This document shows positions 37,201 through 51,621 of a DNA stretch of 64,000 nucleotides, piece by piece. Below the pieces are notes generated by a model. The model did not search any database and was not told the origin of the DNA. It saw nothing but the letters and a program-made list of their open reading frames with translations. This DNA is from Cycas panzhihuaensis (lineage: Eukaryota; Plantae; Cycadophyta), in assembly GCA_023213395.1 (NCBI GenBank), contig CM041465.1, positions 87,427,741 to 87,491,740 on the forward strand, in the 5' to 3' direction. Each line of letters starts with the position of its first letter. The stretch's first letter is position 1. Both the position numbers and the translations under genes were made by a program.

Positions 37201-40200
37201 ATCCTCGCCATTGGACTCGTCGTCACTAAATATTAGAAGGTACTCATTGCTCCCAACACTAATAGGAGCGAAACGGGTAAGGCTCGAAGAAGAAGATGCA
37301 GGATCTCCTTCATGAATGAGACGAATCAGGAATGCCGATAGAACAAGCAAAAGTGTGGGTGGAAGGGCCTTCGTCCCCCTTCACACGACCATGGCTCGCT
37401 TGGTTGGTTTGACGGGATTGTTTGGTAGGTGGGAGTTTGCGGGAAACAACCCTCATTCACCCATCATAGATGAACTTGAGTTGCCCCCAACAGGTTAAAC
37501 ACACAACTCCCATTTGATCAAGCCATGGTTGACCCAAAAGGAGATTGTAGTCGATGTCTACGTTGAGCACTACAATATCAACGAGGAGAGTCTTGTCCTT
37601 AAGAGTAAGGGGGATCGAAACGGATCCTAAGGGAGTCTTCTCGCTACCATCATAGCCCTAACATCGCCATGGAACAGGTTCCAAGGTGGAAATGCTAAGA
37701 TCTTGCATAACACGTAAGGGCATGGCATTAACGGAAGAACCATTATCGACAACGGTCCTTCGTAAAGTGCAATCAGGTGTATCGATAGTAATGGTAAAAG
37801 GGAAGTTCCACTAGCGCTTCCTTTCACAAGCAAGAGGAAGGTCTTTAGGATCGAAAAAAATGATAGGCTCACGACCTTAGGTAATACCCAAAGTGTGAAT
37901 AGGCGCGTCACCCAATCCTAAAGCTTCTAAAAGGAGTGTCTATTGTTCAGAACAACTTCTCAAGATGTCCATAATGGACATCTCGGCACCACTATGACAA
38001 AGCTCATCAATGACAGAAAAGGTCTTCCCCTTCACCGTAGGTTGAGGAAGGGCTCTTCTGAACTTGTAGCGACGTGGGCGAACAAGAATGGTCTTGGGAA
38101 GCAAAGGGACTTCTAGAAGGGAGGTTTCCAGAAAAGGATCAGGATGTGGGATAGATGAAGAGGCGTCGGTTACCTCTTTAACTGCTTAAGACTGAGTCAA
38201 GGCATATAGAGGGGTGGCCTCAAGCATCTGGATCACCTTCTTTCCCTTGTTCCAGGACCATGAAGGTGAAGGGGTACGATAGTTTGGGGAATGCAAGGAA
38301 GAAGACGAACCACACGCGCCTTTCTCTTTACCGTGTAAAGGGTGCGGATTTGGAGATCTTCCCTAGTTCGATTATTCTTTTGTTGAGAGTTACGATCGCG
38401 CTCCCCATACTTGGGGAATGGATCTCTATGGACAAGTTAGTAGAGGTTGGGCCTTGAGGCCTGTTTGTGAGATGGGTCGCGTTGTGAGGCATCCCTAGGA
38501 TGTTGAACCCGGTAATGCGAATCGTCATGGAAGCATTCTCCATGAACAGAGCACCACTTCTTCTCAAGTGAGGAATCAGATTTCCTTACTTGAGAGGATT
38601 GGGTGTTGCCGCCCTTGGGAGGAGCGGCTTGGGAAGCTTGTCGGATTGGTTTGTTGGATGTAGGTGACGAAGGAGCTTGAAGTTTAAGTTCCTTCATTGT
38701 ATGTTCGAATGAACGTATGGTAGAGGTAAGTGGGTCTAGGGTCTTCTCGGTTGAGTGGGAAGAAGACCTAGTGGATTGTTGAGGTTTAGTTTCTTTGGTT
38801 AGCGAAGGTGGCTCATGTCGCTGTGAGGACTTTTGGGGCTTCTTAAGTCCAGCCTGGATCTCAATAGCTTCAAGTGCCAAGCACTTCTCAATGGTGGAAT
38901 CACATGTGGTTGCCCCTATCTTAAGGACTTCCACATGAACTTCAGGGCGTAGTGCGTTGACAAAGATGTCTCTCTTCAATTCCTTAGGCAAAGTAGCCTT
39001 CATGGAATGGAGAAGGTCATGGAATCACCGCACAAAGTCACGATTCATCTTATCGTGACCTTGCTTAAGCAAGAGGAGATATTTCATTCCACTCTCAAAT
39101 GGATGAGCCACATCAAAATAGTTGATGAACTCATCGACAAGTTACTGGAATGAGAAGATGGAATAAGCAGGTAGGCGATAGAACCATTTGAGGGCATTAT
39201 CTTGAAGAGATTGTGGAAATAGTTTCATTAATATGTGATCGTAGGCCCAGTAGTCTATGCATGCCATAGAGAAACTACGAACATGCTTTACTCGATCCTG
39301 TAATGAAGTCCCATCGAACTTGGGAACTTTGGGGCGATGAGGTGGTAAGTTGGTCCTTAGTGCCTCAATAGACAAGGGTGTCGATCTATAATCCATAAAG
39401 GGACGTGCCCTCACCTAGATCATAGGATCGACAAAAGATGAAGAAGGCAATGAACAAGGAGCAGATGGGGGTAGAGGGCCCATCCCTCATTGAGGAAATG
39501 CCCCTTGTTGAAAAGGGACTTAAGGACAGGTGCCTTAAAAAGGAGTTAGGCCTCCTTGCAAAGGCGCGATGTAAGGAGCTACGCAAGATGGTGGAAATGA
39601 GGGGTGAGGGACCGGATTCTATCCATATGGGCTGCCCGTGGGTGGCGCGACTCCATATGGATGTAAAGGGTCCACCCCATAAATAGGAATGTGGTTATCT
39701 TTACCATGCCCCCAAGGTTAAGATGTATAGCCTGGGGGTATGTAAAGAGAAGGCCCACTAGACTAGGTTTGGGAGCATGTGAAAATAGGTCCCATATGAC
39801 TAATAATAGTAGAGGCATTAGTAGGTCCTCTAGGTCTAATAGGGAATACATGCGCCACGTTTGGAGGTGGCATATTCACTTGACTAGGGAGAGGCATACT
39901 AACCCCAAGCTGGGAGAAAGACATACCGCGAGAGGTCCTAAAAGAGCTGGGACCACGAAGAGAAGTACGAAGCACAATGGATGTCCCTAAAGTAGATGTT
40001 AGAATTAGACGGGACGGATGCGCTGGGACAAATGGGTTACTTGTCATAGGTGGGGTAGACGTAGATGAAAACGGTGGGGCAGACGTGGATGAGGAAGGTG
40101 CCCCACCACACAAGGCGTCTTCAAACCACCTAGGATATGGTTGAAGGCGAGTAGTACGAAAGCACTCGTTAAGGGCTTCAACCATATCGATGGGAGGGGT

Positions 40201-40560
40201 ATCCACCTGATCGTAAGAGGTGGATGTGACCTCAAACAAAGTGGATCCCTCAGGATTCTCCTCATAAGAATCACCACCCGGGTGATAAACTTCAAGAGAA
40301 GACAGACCCTCTACTCCGTGAGTGGAGGGATGGATATCATGTGGGTGTTGTTGATCACCCAGATAGTAGATAGGGTCATCACCCTCTTGGGTGGACCCTG
40401 GGAAAGATGTAGGAAACTCCTAGGCTCTGGAAGCAAAGGCATGGTATGCCCAATCCGAAGGATATCCTTCCATTGTCGAATTGGAATCCAATGATGGAAG
40501 GAGGCGGTATATGGGATCTTTTAACAATGGGACAAACCTCATAGGTGACGTGAGAAGCGT
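34297..40560 (-). pseudogene. gag-pol pseudogene of B
   Basis: ORFs 39142-39414 and 38437-39003 (gag), 35963-36205 (RT MDGFSGYNQI..VMPFGLKN), 34896-35495 (RNase H), 34412-34639 (integrase). Confidence 0.92.
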
Positions 40561-42212
40561 CGTATACAAAACTCACCAATGTGTTAAAAGAGAAAAAGGA
40601 ATGCAAGGTACGTGTTGGGGGCTACCCAACAAAAAGGACAAAAGGAGAAAGCTACTAAGAGGTAGTAGCACCAACAGGAAGAGATAGAGACTAGCTCCCT
40701 TACTAGCAGGTCCCTAGTATGGTCGCTAGTGGAATCGCATCCGCACGATGGTCACTACACTTAGTATGGGTTGAGGTGGTCAATAGCCAATGCTGGGGTA
40801 TGGATGGAATCTTATAAGCAGAAGAGAACACCACACGTGAGCTGCCCTGTGCCCCGGAGCATGAGTTCGGGACCCGCGAATGGTGCCTAACTTCCTCGGA
40901 GTAGCTTTCGCTTTTGGTTCTGAGAGGCGAGATACATACTGGGGTATCTCGGACAGTCCTAAAGGGTAAGGTCCTCCCACCCTTGGATGGCCAGAAGGGA
41001 GGAGGAGGAACCCACAAAGGAGGGGTTCCTATAGTGAAGGTACATAAGACAAGGTGCAATAGGCAAAGGGTATAAGACAAGTGCAGATAGGCCCTTCTCA
41101 GTCTAATTAGCCTAAGGTGAATCTAAACAAAGAAGGTAATAGCAAAAGGGGGATCTTTATGTAAGCTAAGTGGGACTAAGAGCTACATTCCCTCTCTCTC
41201 TTTTCCTTTTTAATAACAAAAGACAAAGAAAAGAAAGGAAAGAAAATATTTCAGGCGCATCAAGCATGCATACTAAAGTCAAGTGCAACTAAGGGGTGCT
41301 TTCGGTTTAGGTAAGAAAAAGGGGGAGGTGTAATCCCTATTATGTCCTTTTTTTATAAAAGCAACTGTGCGGCACACATATGCAAAGTGAATGCAAATAA
41401 ATTGATTTGTTACCCTTTTTTCTTTATGTGACTTATTATGCAAATACAACAGATGCCTAATAAAAGCACAAAAAGAAGGAGGTGGAGGAAGGGAGATGAT
41501 GCATACCCTAAAAGTGAAGCGATTGATGGGAAACCTCACTTGTACGCCACGTATGCCCTCCCGTCCTTAGTTGATATGTAACTGTAGTTAGAGCGAAAGT
41601 GAAGTGGAGGCTTCTTTACCTTCCCCATGTAAAGAACAAAACAAAGTGGGAAAGCAAAGAGAGCCAAAAACCATACAAGAAAGCGGAAAAATAGAAGAGG
41701 AAAGAAGGGTGAGGACTTACCCATATTAGTGCATTCTTTCGCTTCACAAACGCTGCCACAGACCTGTAATCACAAAGGGTTTTCCCTTCCAAGAAGGGGC
41801 TACTAAGATGCAAGATACTATATAGGCAATGATACAAAATAAACACTAAAATTTTGTACCTTTAGTTAGTGAAACTACTGCTCAAATCAACTCCACTCTC
41901 CTTTAGGAAAATAATGTATACCAAGCAAGAAAGGAAGGCTAGCCTCAGGATGGCAAAACCCCCTATAAGTGGACCTCCACGCAACCTCAGAATGTAAAAG
42001 TATGGTGGTTATATAACAACCTATGAGTAGCAAACAAGCATGGGAATGAATGTTATAAGACATGGAAGAGATGCCTAAGTAGTAAAGTCGTTATGGCCAA
42101 AGAATCACCACACCTACTGCCAAGAGTCCGAATGGATACTAGATGTTGTTAGGGGCTTAAAGAGGGCCCAAAGGGAGAGTGTGTGTGCTTGGAACCAAGT
42201 AAAGAAGGGTCA

Positions 42213-45200
42213 AGTAGCACTCCAAAATATGGTCAAAGGTATAGTATATAAGCATTCAAATGAAAGGCCTCGAACGATTTATTCCAACGGCTCACACGAA
42301 AGTCAATTCGACATCCTTATTAAAAGTTATGACTATTTAAAGATAGCTCCAGCTTTTAGAGGAGTTATGGCCAACTTCTCATGTTTATGTTAGCGACTCC
42401 TCCCTCCTCCGCTAACTTCATTTTGTCCCGCTTATGCACCTATATATAGGGACTTTGAGATCATTCAAAATTATCCAGTGGTGAAGCTTTTCCTCCTCAT
42501 TTTCAGCCTTAAGGCAAGTGCAAATTTTCACCTTAGATCGCAATTTCTGGAGGATCCTCAAGGGTTTTGTGATTGTTGCAGCAAAGATGTACTGTTGGAA
42601 CTCTACTTATATTTTGTACACTTTGGTATCGTATTTTTGTATTTAATCTATAATTGGAGATATAATTTTGGATCAAAAGGTGTTTGCCATCTGTGAATTC
42701 ACTCTATTTGGTTTTAGTATTTATGATCTTTTTCTCTATTATTGTTCTGTTTCTGTGAATTCACTCTACTCTGCTCTATTTTCTATCCAATTGGGTAAAG
42801 GACTCGCTACAAGTGGTATCACAGCTTCATTCCGAAGCGGGGAGTTTTTCACGAGGGGAAGGAAATTTTTGACCCACCCTCCCACCCTAGCAATTCAGAA
42901 AGGACTAAAACGAAATTAAGATCTAGAAAAATCAGCCCACAAAACAAAATGTCGAGGTCCCACAATTCAGAAGAACAAGTAGTAGAAACCTTGATAACAG
43001 TTATGGAGGAACTTTCACAACAAATCAGGAACCTAAATGGAAGATTGGACAAACAAGAGATAGCTCAGCCAAAAACATAATAGGATTCAGATCAAGACAT
43101 AGATCAGGGGAACCCAGAAGGTAGATTTAAGGAAGGAATTATTTTTTAGCGAAGAAATGTGAATCAAGGAGGACCAAAGATCGCATTAGAAAAATTTGAT
43201 CTAGAAAAAACACGAGACATAAGAGCATGGCTACTTTAAATAGAAACATATTTCGTAGTAAACAAAACACCAAGCATAGATATGGTGCCCATTGCCTCCT
43301 TACATCTCTATGGATGAGCCTTGAATTGGTATTATTGGTGGAAAAAGATGCAAGGACCTCAGTAAGAGGAATGGAGAAATTTTAGAATAGCCATCATCAA
43401 CCAATATGAAGACTCTTGGTCTATGAATTACTTTGCACAGTTGACAAGACTGCAACAAATGGGATTAGTTCATGAATATACAGAACAATTTCAGATGTTA
43501 CAATGTATGGTTACATCAAACATTCCTCAGGAATATCTAAGGGAGACATATATAAGCAGGCTCAAGGCCCCCATCAGATTCCAGTTTTTAGTGCAGCAAC
43601 ACAGAGCATTAGAAGAGATCATAGACCACGCTCAATGTGTTGAAGTTGAACTTAAAGAAACCAAGCCTACCTTCGTGCATAGAATGGATTTTGCTCCACC
43701 ATCTAACACGAACTGGCATAGGTCAGGAGTTAAATCAGACACTCCACTTGTAATCAAGAATACAATAGAAAACTCCACGTGATAAGAACATATACAGAAA
43801 GGTACTTGTTTCAAATGCGGAGGGAAATGGAACCGAGAGCACCAATGCCCAAGAAAAAAGGTATTTATGCTGCATAATGAAGAACTGGAGATACCTCAAT
43901 AAACATAAGAAGATACGGCCCCTAATCAAGAAGATAACAATGAACAGGCCGAAGCTGGACTAGATGAACTACTAGAAATCGATACAAAAAATGTTTAAAT
44001 ATCTGTACAGGCCATAACAGGTCAAAGCACGACACCTCAAAGACTATGATTTGAAGGGATGCTGAAAGGAGCCCCAATAACGGTGTTAGTGGATAGTGGG
44101 AGCACGCACAATTTTATCAACAAACCAATAGCCCAAAAGTTGGGAATTAAGGTGGACCATTAAAAACCTTCCAGGTCTCAATTGCTAATGGAAGACAAAG
44201 ACCTTACGGAGGATTCTCGTAAACATCAACTTGAAAATTGGTGAGTACTCACGACCTCCAATATGTTTGCGATGCGCATAGAGGCGTTGATATAGTCCTA
44301 GGGGTATAGTGGTTGCAAACCTTAGGAAATATAGTCACAAACTACATGACCAGAGTCATGTGCTTCTGGATAAACAACACAAAATACATTCTACGGGGAC
44401 CTAAATATCCACCAACACAATTAGTGTCATCTCACAGAAAGGAAAGAATCATGAGGAAGAAAGCACCCACATACATAGTGTCATGCCACAAGATAGAAAT
44501 CCAAGAAATTTCAATGGAAATACTGTACATCTTGGATGAATATAAACAAGTATTCAAAGAACCAAAAGGATTACCTCCAGTAAGAGAAATTCAGCACGTG
44601 ATTGATTTAATCCTAAGAGCAACACTGGTGAACATAAGGCCATATAGGCATCCATACCACATGAGGAAAGAGATCGAGAACATAACCGGAGAATTACTTA
44701 CACATGGCCATATTCAGAGTAGCATGTTTGCTTGCATCCCCAGTGGTTGTTAGCCCTAAGAAAGATGGCACAATCAGGATGTGTGTAGATTATAGGGGAT
44801 TAAACAAGTTGAGTATAAAAAATAGATATCCTATCCCTAGGATCTATGACTTACTAGACGAAATACATGGAGCAAAATACTTCTCCAAGATAGACCTCTG
44901 ATCGGGATACCATCAAATTCGGGTGAAAGAGGGGGACCTCCACAAGTAAGCATTTAGAACTCATGAGGGACTGCTCGAATTCAAAGTGATACCATTTGGT
45001 CTAACCAATGCTCCAATAGCGTTCTAGGCCACTATGAATTCTACATTCAAGGAATGTTTGAGGAAATTTGTACTAATCTTTTTCGATGATATCCTCATTT
45101 ACAACAAAACATGGAGAGAACATTTGGAGCACCTGAGATTAGTCCTAGAAATTTTAGCAAAAGGTTTATTCTTTGCAAACAAGAAAAAATGCTCTTTTGG

Positions 45201-47935
45201 CCAACAGAAACTCGAATACCTTGGTCATATCATTACTCCAAATGGAATCAAGGTTGACCCTAAGAAGGTCCAAGCAATAATAGAATGGCCAGCACCAAAG
45301 AATGTCACAGGAGTTCGCAGCTTCTTAGGAGTAGTCAGATACCTCAAGAAATTCATAAAAGGATATGCTAACATAGCAAATTGCATTTACAGATCTGATA
45401 AAAATGGATGCTTTCACATGGAATGAAATGGCCAACAAGGCCTTTGAAGAACTAAAAAGTGCAATGGTAAGAGCCTCAGTTTTAGTAGTCCCAAACTTCT
45501 CAAAACCATTCATCTTGGAATGCGATGCTTCATGGTTTAGTATAGGAGCCGTCCTATTACAAGACAAAAGACTGATAGCATACGAAAGTAGGAAATTAAA
45601 TAACAGAGAAAAGTTAAAGCCCATCTATGATAAGGAGATGCTAGCAATAATCCATGCGATCAATCAGTGGAGACAATATTTACTAGGCAGCTCCTTCTAG
45701 GTACCTAATGCATCACCTACTGCCTCAAATACTTCTTCAATTAGAAGACATTGTCATATGAACAACAAAAGTGGGTGAGAAAACTACAAACATTCGATTT
45801 TTCCATTGTGTACAAAAAGGGCAAAGATAATGTCATGGCGGGGCCTCGTGAATTTTAAAAGAAACTCACCAGAAACCAGTACTACATACAATATCAATGG
45901 CTACTCCAACCTGGCATGAGTTATTAAAGAAGGAATACGACAATTATCCGAAGTACAAATAATTGATCGACAAAGTAAGGGAGGACAAAACTAGCTCATA
46001 TGAGATACAACATGGAGTAATACTTGGGAAAGGAAAGATCAGATTCCTGTAAGGTCAGGGCTAAAGGAGATAATATTACAAGAAGGGCATTCCACACTGA
46101 TAATAGGTCACACAGGGATTAACGAGACATACAGGAAGATAAGAGCATCATTTTACTAGAAATGATTAAAAACAGACGTTCAAAAGTTCGTGGCAGAATG
46201 TGATACCTATCAATGAAATAGGATCAAATGCATAAAAACACTAGGGTTACTCGAGTCGTTGCCAACGCCAGAACAAAAATGGGACGAAATATCCATGGAT
46301 TTTATAACTGGATTACCTTGCTCGGAAGGAAAGGACGCAATTCTAGTCATTATAGATTGCCTCACCAAATATGGCCACTTTAGAGGACTGAAATTGACAG
46401 CTAAGGCCAACGATGTGCCAGAACTATATATGAAGGAAATCCATAGGTTACATGGTTGTCCTAAAGTAATTGTAAGTGACTATGACCCAAAATTTACTAG
46501 TAAATTTTGGCAGGATCTATTCAAAATTGCAGGCAGAAAACTCAAGATGAGCACATCATACCATCCTCAGATGGATGGCCAAATAAAGATTGTTAACAAA
46601 TGCTTAGAAAGATACTTGAGAAACTTATGCTCAGACAAACAAAAACAATGGCATTAATGGTTATATTTAGCAGAATGGTGGTACAACACCACATATCATT
46701 CTTCAACAAAAATGACACCTTTACAAGCTTTGTATGGCTACACGCCACCATCATTATTAACTTGGAATAGACCTTCACGTCCAGCAATAAGAACATCAGA
46801 AGCAAATGGAGGAAACCATCAACAAATTGAAGGATAACCTAGCAATTGCACAAAATAGAATGAAACAAGAAGCTGATCTAAAATGCTTGGAACGACAATT
46901 TGAAGTAGGAGATTGGGTCTTCTTATACCTTTGACCATACAAATAGATGTCCTTACAGAAAAGAAACAATCAAAAGCTAGCACCTAGATACATTGGTCCT
47001 TACAAAATCACTTCCAAAGTAGGTGAAGTCGCCTACCAGTTAGAACTCCCAGAAACACAAAGGTTCACAACGTTTTCCATGTATCCTGTCTAAAGAAGAA
47101 AATTGAGAAAAATATATTTTCTCAATCCAACATACTAGAGCTCAATGAGGAAGGAAAGATGATGCTAGAACCTGAAGGAATCTTACAATCCCGCACCCGA
47201 TCTCTTAGGTCCATACAGATCAAAGATTACCTAATCAAATGGAAAAACCTAGATATTAAAGAGACCACTTGGGAAAACGACGAATGGTTAAAATAATTTC
47301 TAGGCCTGCCAGTGCTTTGAGGGCAAAGCACAATTTCAAGGGGAGGGGACTTGTAGCACTCCAAAATATGGTCAAAGGTATAGCATATGAGCATTCAAAT
47401 GAAAGGCCTCTGAATGACGATTTCAAGGGTTTGGAACAAAGTCAATTCCGACATCCATATCAAAAGTTATGACCATTTAAAGATAGCCTACTAGTTTTTT
47501 AAAAAGGTGTGGCCGACTTCTCATATTTATGTTGGGCGCACTCCTCCCTCCTCTGGTTGACTTCATTTTGTCCCAGTTTATACACCTATATATAGGAACT
47601 TTGAGATCATTCGAAATTATCCAGTGGTGAAGCTTTTCCTCCTCATTTTCGACCTTAAGGCAAGTGCAGATTTTTTGCCTTAGGGCTGCAATTTCTGGGA
47701 GGATCCCCACCTCGAAGGGTTTAGTGATTGTTGCAGGCAGTACAGGTATTCTATTAGAACTCTACTTATATTTTGTACAATTTGGTATCGTATTGGATCA
47801 AAACGTGTTTGCCATCTGTGAATTCGCTCTATTTGGTTTTAGTATTTGTGGTCCTTTTCTCTATTATTGTTCTAATTTTGTGAATTTCCCCTACTCTGCT
47901 CTATTTTCTACCCAATTGGGTAAAGTACTGCCATA
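42213..47935 (+). mobile_element. Reina-like chromovirus (Ty3/Gypsy), ~5.7 kb; LTRs 42213-42811 and 47352-47935
   Basis: tRNA-Met PBS TGGTATCACAGC 42814-42825; PPT AAGGGGAGGGGAC just before 47352; pol runs into the PPT; C-terminal chromodomain. Clade assignment is from architecture only. Confidence 0.88.
42949..47350 (+). pseudogene. gag-pol-chromodomain pseudogene of the chromovirus
   Basis: Knuckle CFKCGGKWNREHQC; protease VLVDSGSTHNFI; [24 protein letters not shown]; RH ECDAS..YDKEMLAI; INT ISMDFITGLP..YHPQMDGQ; GPY; chromodomain EPEGIL..DYLIKWKNL..TTWE. Confidence 0.92.
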
Positions 47936-49321
47936 CCGTGTACACCGATATCCAGCAAGTGCTTAGGTCTCACCAACTCCTAGTTTGCTCAAGGAAAGCA
48001 CAGGCCCAAGAGAGGAAGGATGGGAAGGGGTTTACCCTTGGGGAGTAGGTCTAAAAGGGATGGATCCCACCTTAACTCCCTTCACCCAATCCTTATGCAC
48101 CCTCTCCGTAGATTTCGAGAGAAACTAGCAGAGAATGGGAGAAAGCTTGAGGTATTGAAGCCAAAGATAAGAAAGAGCAGTCCCTTTTACAACAAAAACA
48201 CAAAAAAGGGAAGATAGTTTACTTTTAAATAAGCTCTAATGGAGTAAATATGTGCTAAAACATAAAACCAAGGCAAGGGTACTTTGGGTTGTGTTAGGGG
48301 CGGATCTACCCCTGCAAATAGTAGAAGATGGTAGGTCCTACAAGGTTTATAGGGTATCTCACAAGGTGGAGTTGCAGGAGACACTTGCTGGGTGAAAATT
48401 GAAGGATAAACGCAGAGATCTCGCTTGGAAATACTTAGTGGAGAGTCCTCTGCCACGTATTAGAACTACTTTAGGCATATCTTTGGCTGGAATGGAAGAA
48501 CTCCAGCATTGCAGACGTATCTTTGAAAATAGAGGAAGGAGAGAGCAAAATTGCAGCAGTAGGAAGTGTTGTTGGAGAGCTAAGAGAGGTAAAATGAGGT
48601 CTTTTTAGGGATATATACCCATCTAAGAGAGGTAAAATGATGTATTTTAGAGAATATATACCCATCCTAACCCTAACCGAGTGATTAGGGTTCAAATAGC
48701 GCTGACTTGGTAACTTATCCAAGTGGCAATTCTGTAAAAAGAGCGAGAATTACTATGGCGGATAAAAAAAATAGTGAGCAACAGTCGCACCACAATAAAC
48801 TTCGCAGTACCGCTTAGTTTACAGTGGTTCGAGACCAGAATGCTAAAATAGCAACGGAGAGAGTTCTGGGAACCCTAAATGGAGATGTGTTAGGTCTAGG
48901 AGGGGTTGGCCCTCCTATCCAAGTGGCTAGGGACAGTCTGGGTAACATGTAGGCTAGACCAAATGGGACATCGGGAGTTCAGATTCCCAGAAATGCCATG
49001 AGAGGATGCAAGATCAAGGTTTGAGCGAGTCATACGAGTTAGGTGAGGCTTGAGGCAACGTGGAGGTGGTGTGAGGGGTTGTAGAGTGCCATAGGGCCTC
49101 ATGGAGAGGCAGGTCCCGCGAGTCCTTATAGGCTAAAAATATGACAAGAAGCATGATCAAGCAATAGATGCAAGGTGATCACTCAAATGTGGCAGTCAAT
49201 CATGCAATGAGGTCATGCTTCTATCAACCTTTCCAAAGAAACAATAAGGTGAAAAGGAAGAAGCATACATATGCTTACCTAAGTCAACCTATCCATACCT
49301 ATTTCCAGTAACTAAAAAACA

Positions 49322-51621
49322 AAGTCTTAGAGCGAGAAGAATTGTATGAGCTTAGCTCTAATTCATATGACTCTGAAAACGAATATGTAACAAAGGGGCT
49401 CATGCAGACCCCTCTGGATTATACCACCATGAACTGAAAAATAAGAGATATTAATTTCAAGTGGTGGTTAGAGCCCAAAGAAAAGGAAAGGCAAATCGAA
49501 AAAATCAAAAGGCAACACTAGAAATTAATCAAATCTAGGGAAGGACAAAAGGAGGCAAGCCCAAGGGCAATAGTCCTACCACACACATCCAATGGATTGT
49601 ACATAAAATATAAATATAATAACTCATTTAAACTAGAAACTCTCTTAGATACTGGATGTACATATAATATGATACATGAGTTTTGTGTCCCTAGGACCCT
49701 ACTGGTAAGACTAAACTTCCCTATTTCCACTTACAGGATAAAGGGGCAAAAGTCTACCAGTACATATGAATGCACTCTTTCTGTGGAAATGGGAGCTTGT
49801 ACATATGATATTCACTTCATTGTAAACAATGATATTTCTGAATATGCAGTTCTAAGACAAGAATTTGTCTCCCAATTTCTAGAATATACCATAAAAATTT
49901 TGGATTCAAGGCTCGACATTGTTCACCCCTCCAGATTCGTGAACAAGGTGACTTTCTCATCTCAGATCCCAAAAATTTACAGTGAAATTTGCATAAAGGA
50001 GCCAGAAGAGCCCACGGTAGAGCAGATAAAAGAATTGGAGGCAGAAATTCCTGCAGAAATAAATGAGGGCGATATCAACGAAATAGCCTTAGATCACACA
50101 CAGTTAATTGCAACCAAGCTCAAAAGAAAACAGATATGGCTAGAACAAGGTAATGGAAGAACACGACAGCAACAAAACCTTCCAAACTTTAAGGATTGTT
50201 GTTACCTAAATCCACAAGCATTTTGGTGAACTGCAAAATAGTTCTATGAGATAAACACCCTACCAAGAGCATCAGCCTATGAAAAAGTTATCCCAATCAG
50301 CCTGAAAGATCGAAAGGATATGGAAGCTGCACTAGATGAATTATTAAAATACAATCTAATCAGGCCATCCACATCAGATTTTCCATGTCCTGCATTCATG
50401 GTAAACAAGCACAGTGAACAGAAGCAGGGAAAGGAAAGAATAGTCATCAACTACAAGCCACTCAACGCCATCACAATCAAATTCAGATATCCCATCCCTC
50501 ACAAGGATAATCTCCTAAAGAACTTGGTAGCTTCCAAAATTTACTCTAAGTTTGACTGCAAAAGCGGCTTTTACCAAATTAAAACAACCCCTGAACATAT
50601 CCACAAGACTGCCTTCAGTACTCTCCAATGACAATATGAGTGGATGGTTATGCCATTTGGCCTATGCAATGCACCCAGCTACTTCCAAAGGTGGATGGAC
50701 TCGATCTTCAGGCCATACTACTCTTTTATTCTTGTATACATAGACGATATCCTGATCTATTCCTTCTCATTAGAGGAACACCGAGAGTATCTAAATAAGT
50801 TCCTCAAGTTGGTCAGAGAAAATGGAATAGTACTTTCAGATTAAAAAATGACTTTAGCACAATCTGAGATTGAATTCTTGGGGCTTTACATTAGGGAGGG
50901 ACGAGTGCAACCACAACTCTATGTAGTTGGACACATAGTAGAATATCTTGACAAGATCGTAACTCCTAAATAGGTCCAATCCTTTTTACGGTGCATCAAT
51001 TACCTACTGCCCTTCATTAAAGATTGCAGCATTTAGAGAGCAGGACTACAATTGCTATTGAAGAAGAATTCTTTTGACTGGACCAACGAGCATATAAAAC
51101 TGGTCCAGGAGTTAAAAAGAATGTGCCAAGAACTCGCACCATTAAGGATTCCCATAAGAAATAGAAAATTTATTGTCTAAACAAATGCCTCCAACACAGG
51201 ATGGGGAGCAACATTATTTGAAAACGGGTAGGTATGCAGATATGCATCAGGCACATGGACTGATGCAGAAAAGCGCTACCACTCTACAGAGAGGGAAATA
51301 CAAGCTGTCGTCAAGTCATTAAAGGCCTTTAAACTTTATCTGTTATCCTCTCACTTCACTATCCAAAGTGACTACAAGGGGTTAGCTGGATTTAAAAATA
51401 GGAATATTGATCCCTTATTAGACAAGCATGGCAGATTAACCAGATGGTAGAGCTTTGTGCATAAATTCTTATATGGCGTAGAATATATTCCAGAAATCAC
51501 TAACATCCTTACTGATAAATTGTCTAAGCAACATGATGGCACAATCGGAAGCATAGTGGACCCTATTTCAACAAGCAATCTAAAACCTTCCTCACCACCT
51601 CCAAATGAAGATTTATCATGA
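49322..51621 (+). pseudogene. Pararetroviral polyprotein remnant (aspartic protease, RT, RNase H)
   Basis: SNGLYI..LLDTGCT protease; RT as above; RH TNASNTGWGA..YASGTWTDAEKRYHSTEREI..GRLTRW; frame closes at TGA 51619-51621. Confidence 0.9.

Larger units (their letters stand above)
34297..49321 (-). mobile_element. Element B: minus-strand Tat element, 3'-truncated within integrase; 5' LTR 49321-40730 interrupted by a chromovirus
   Basis: LTR starts TGTTTTTTAG at 49321 and ends GATTCCA at 40730; PBS 40728-40711; gag-pol colinear with A. Confidence 0.9.

Noticed and set aside
13323-49321. C as the 3' end of element B
   Set aside because: A single ~700-bp deletion would fit, but the LTR ends differ (GTGCACTTCTA versus GCGATTCCA) and the flanks ATACC and AAGTC are not a TSD. 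Disfavoured rather than excluded.
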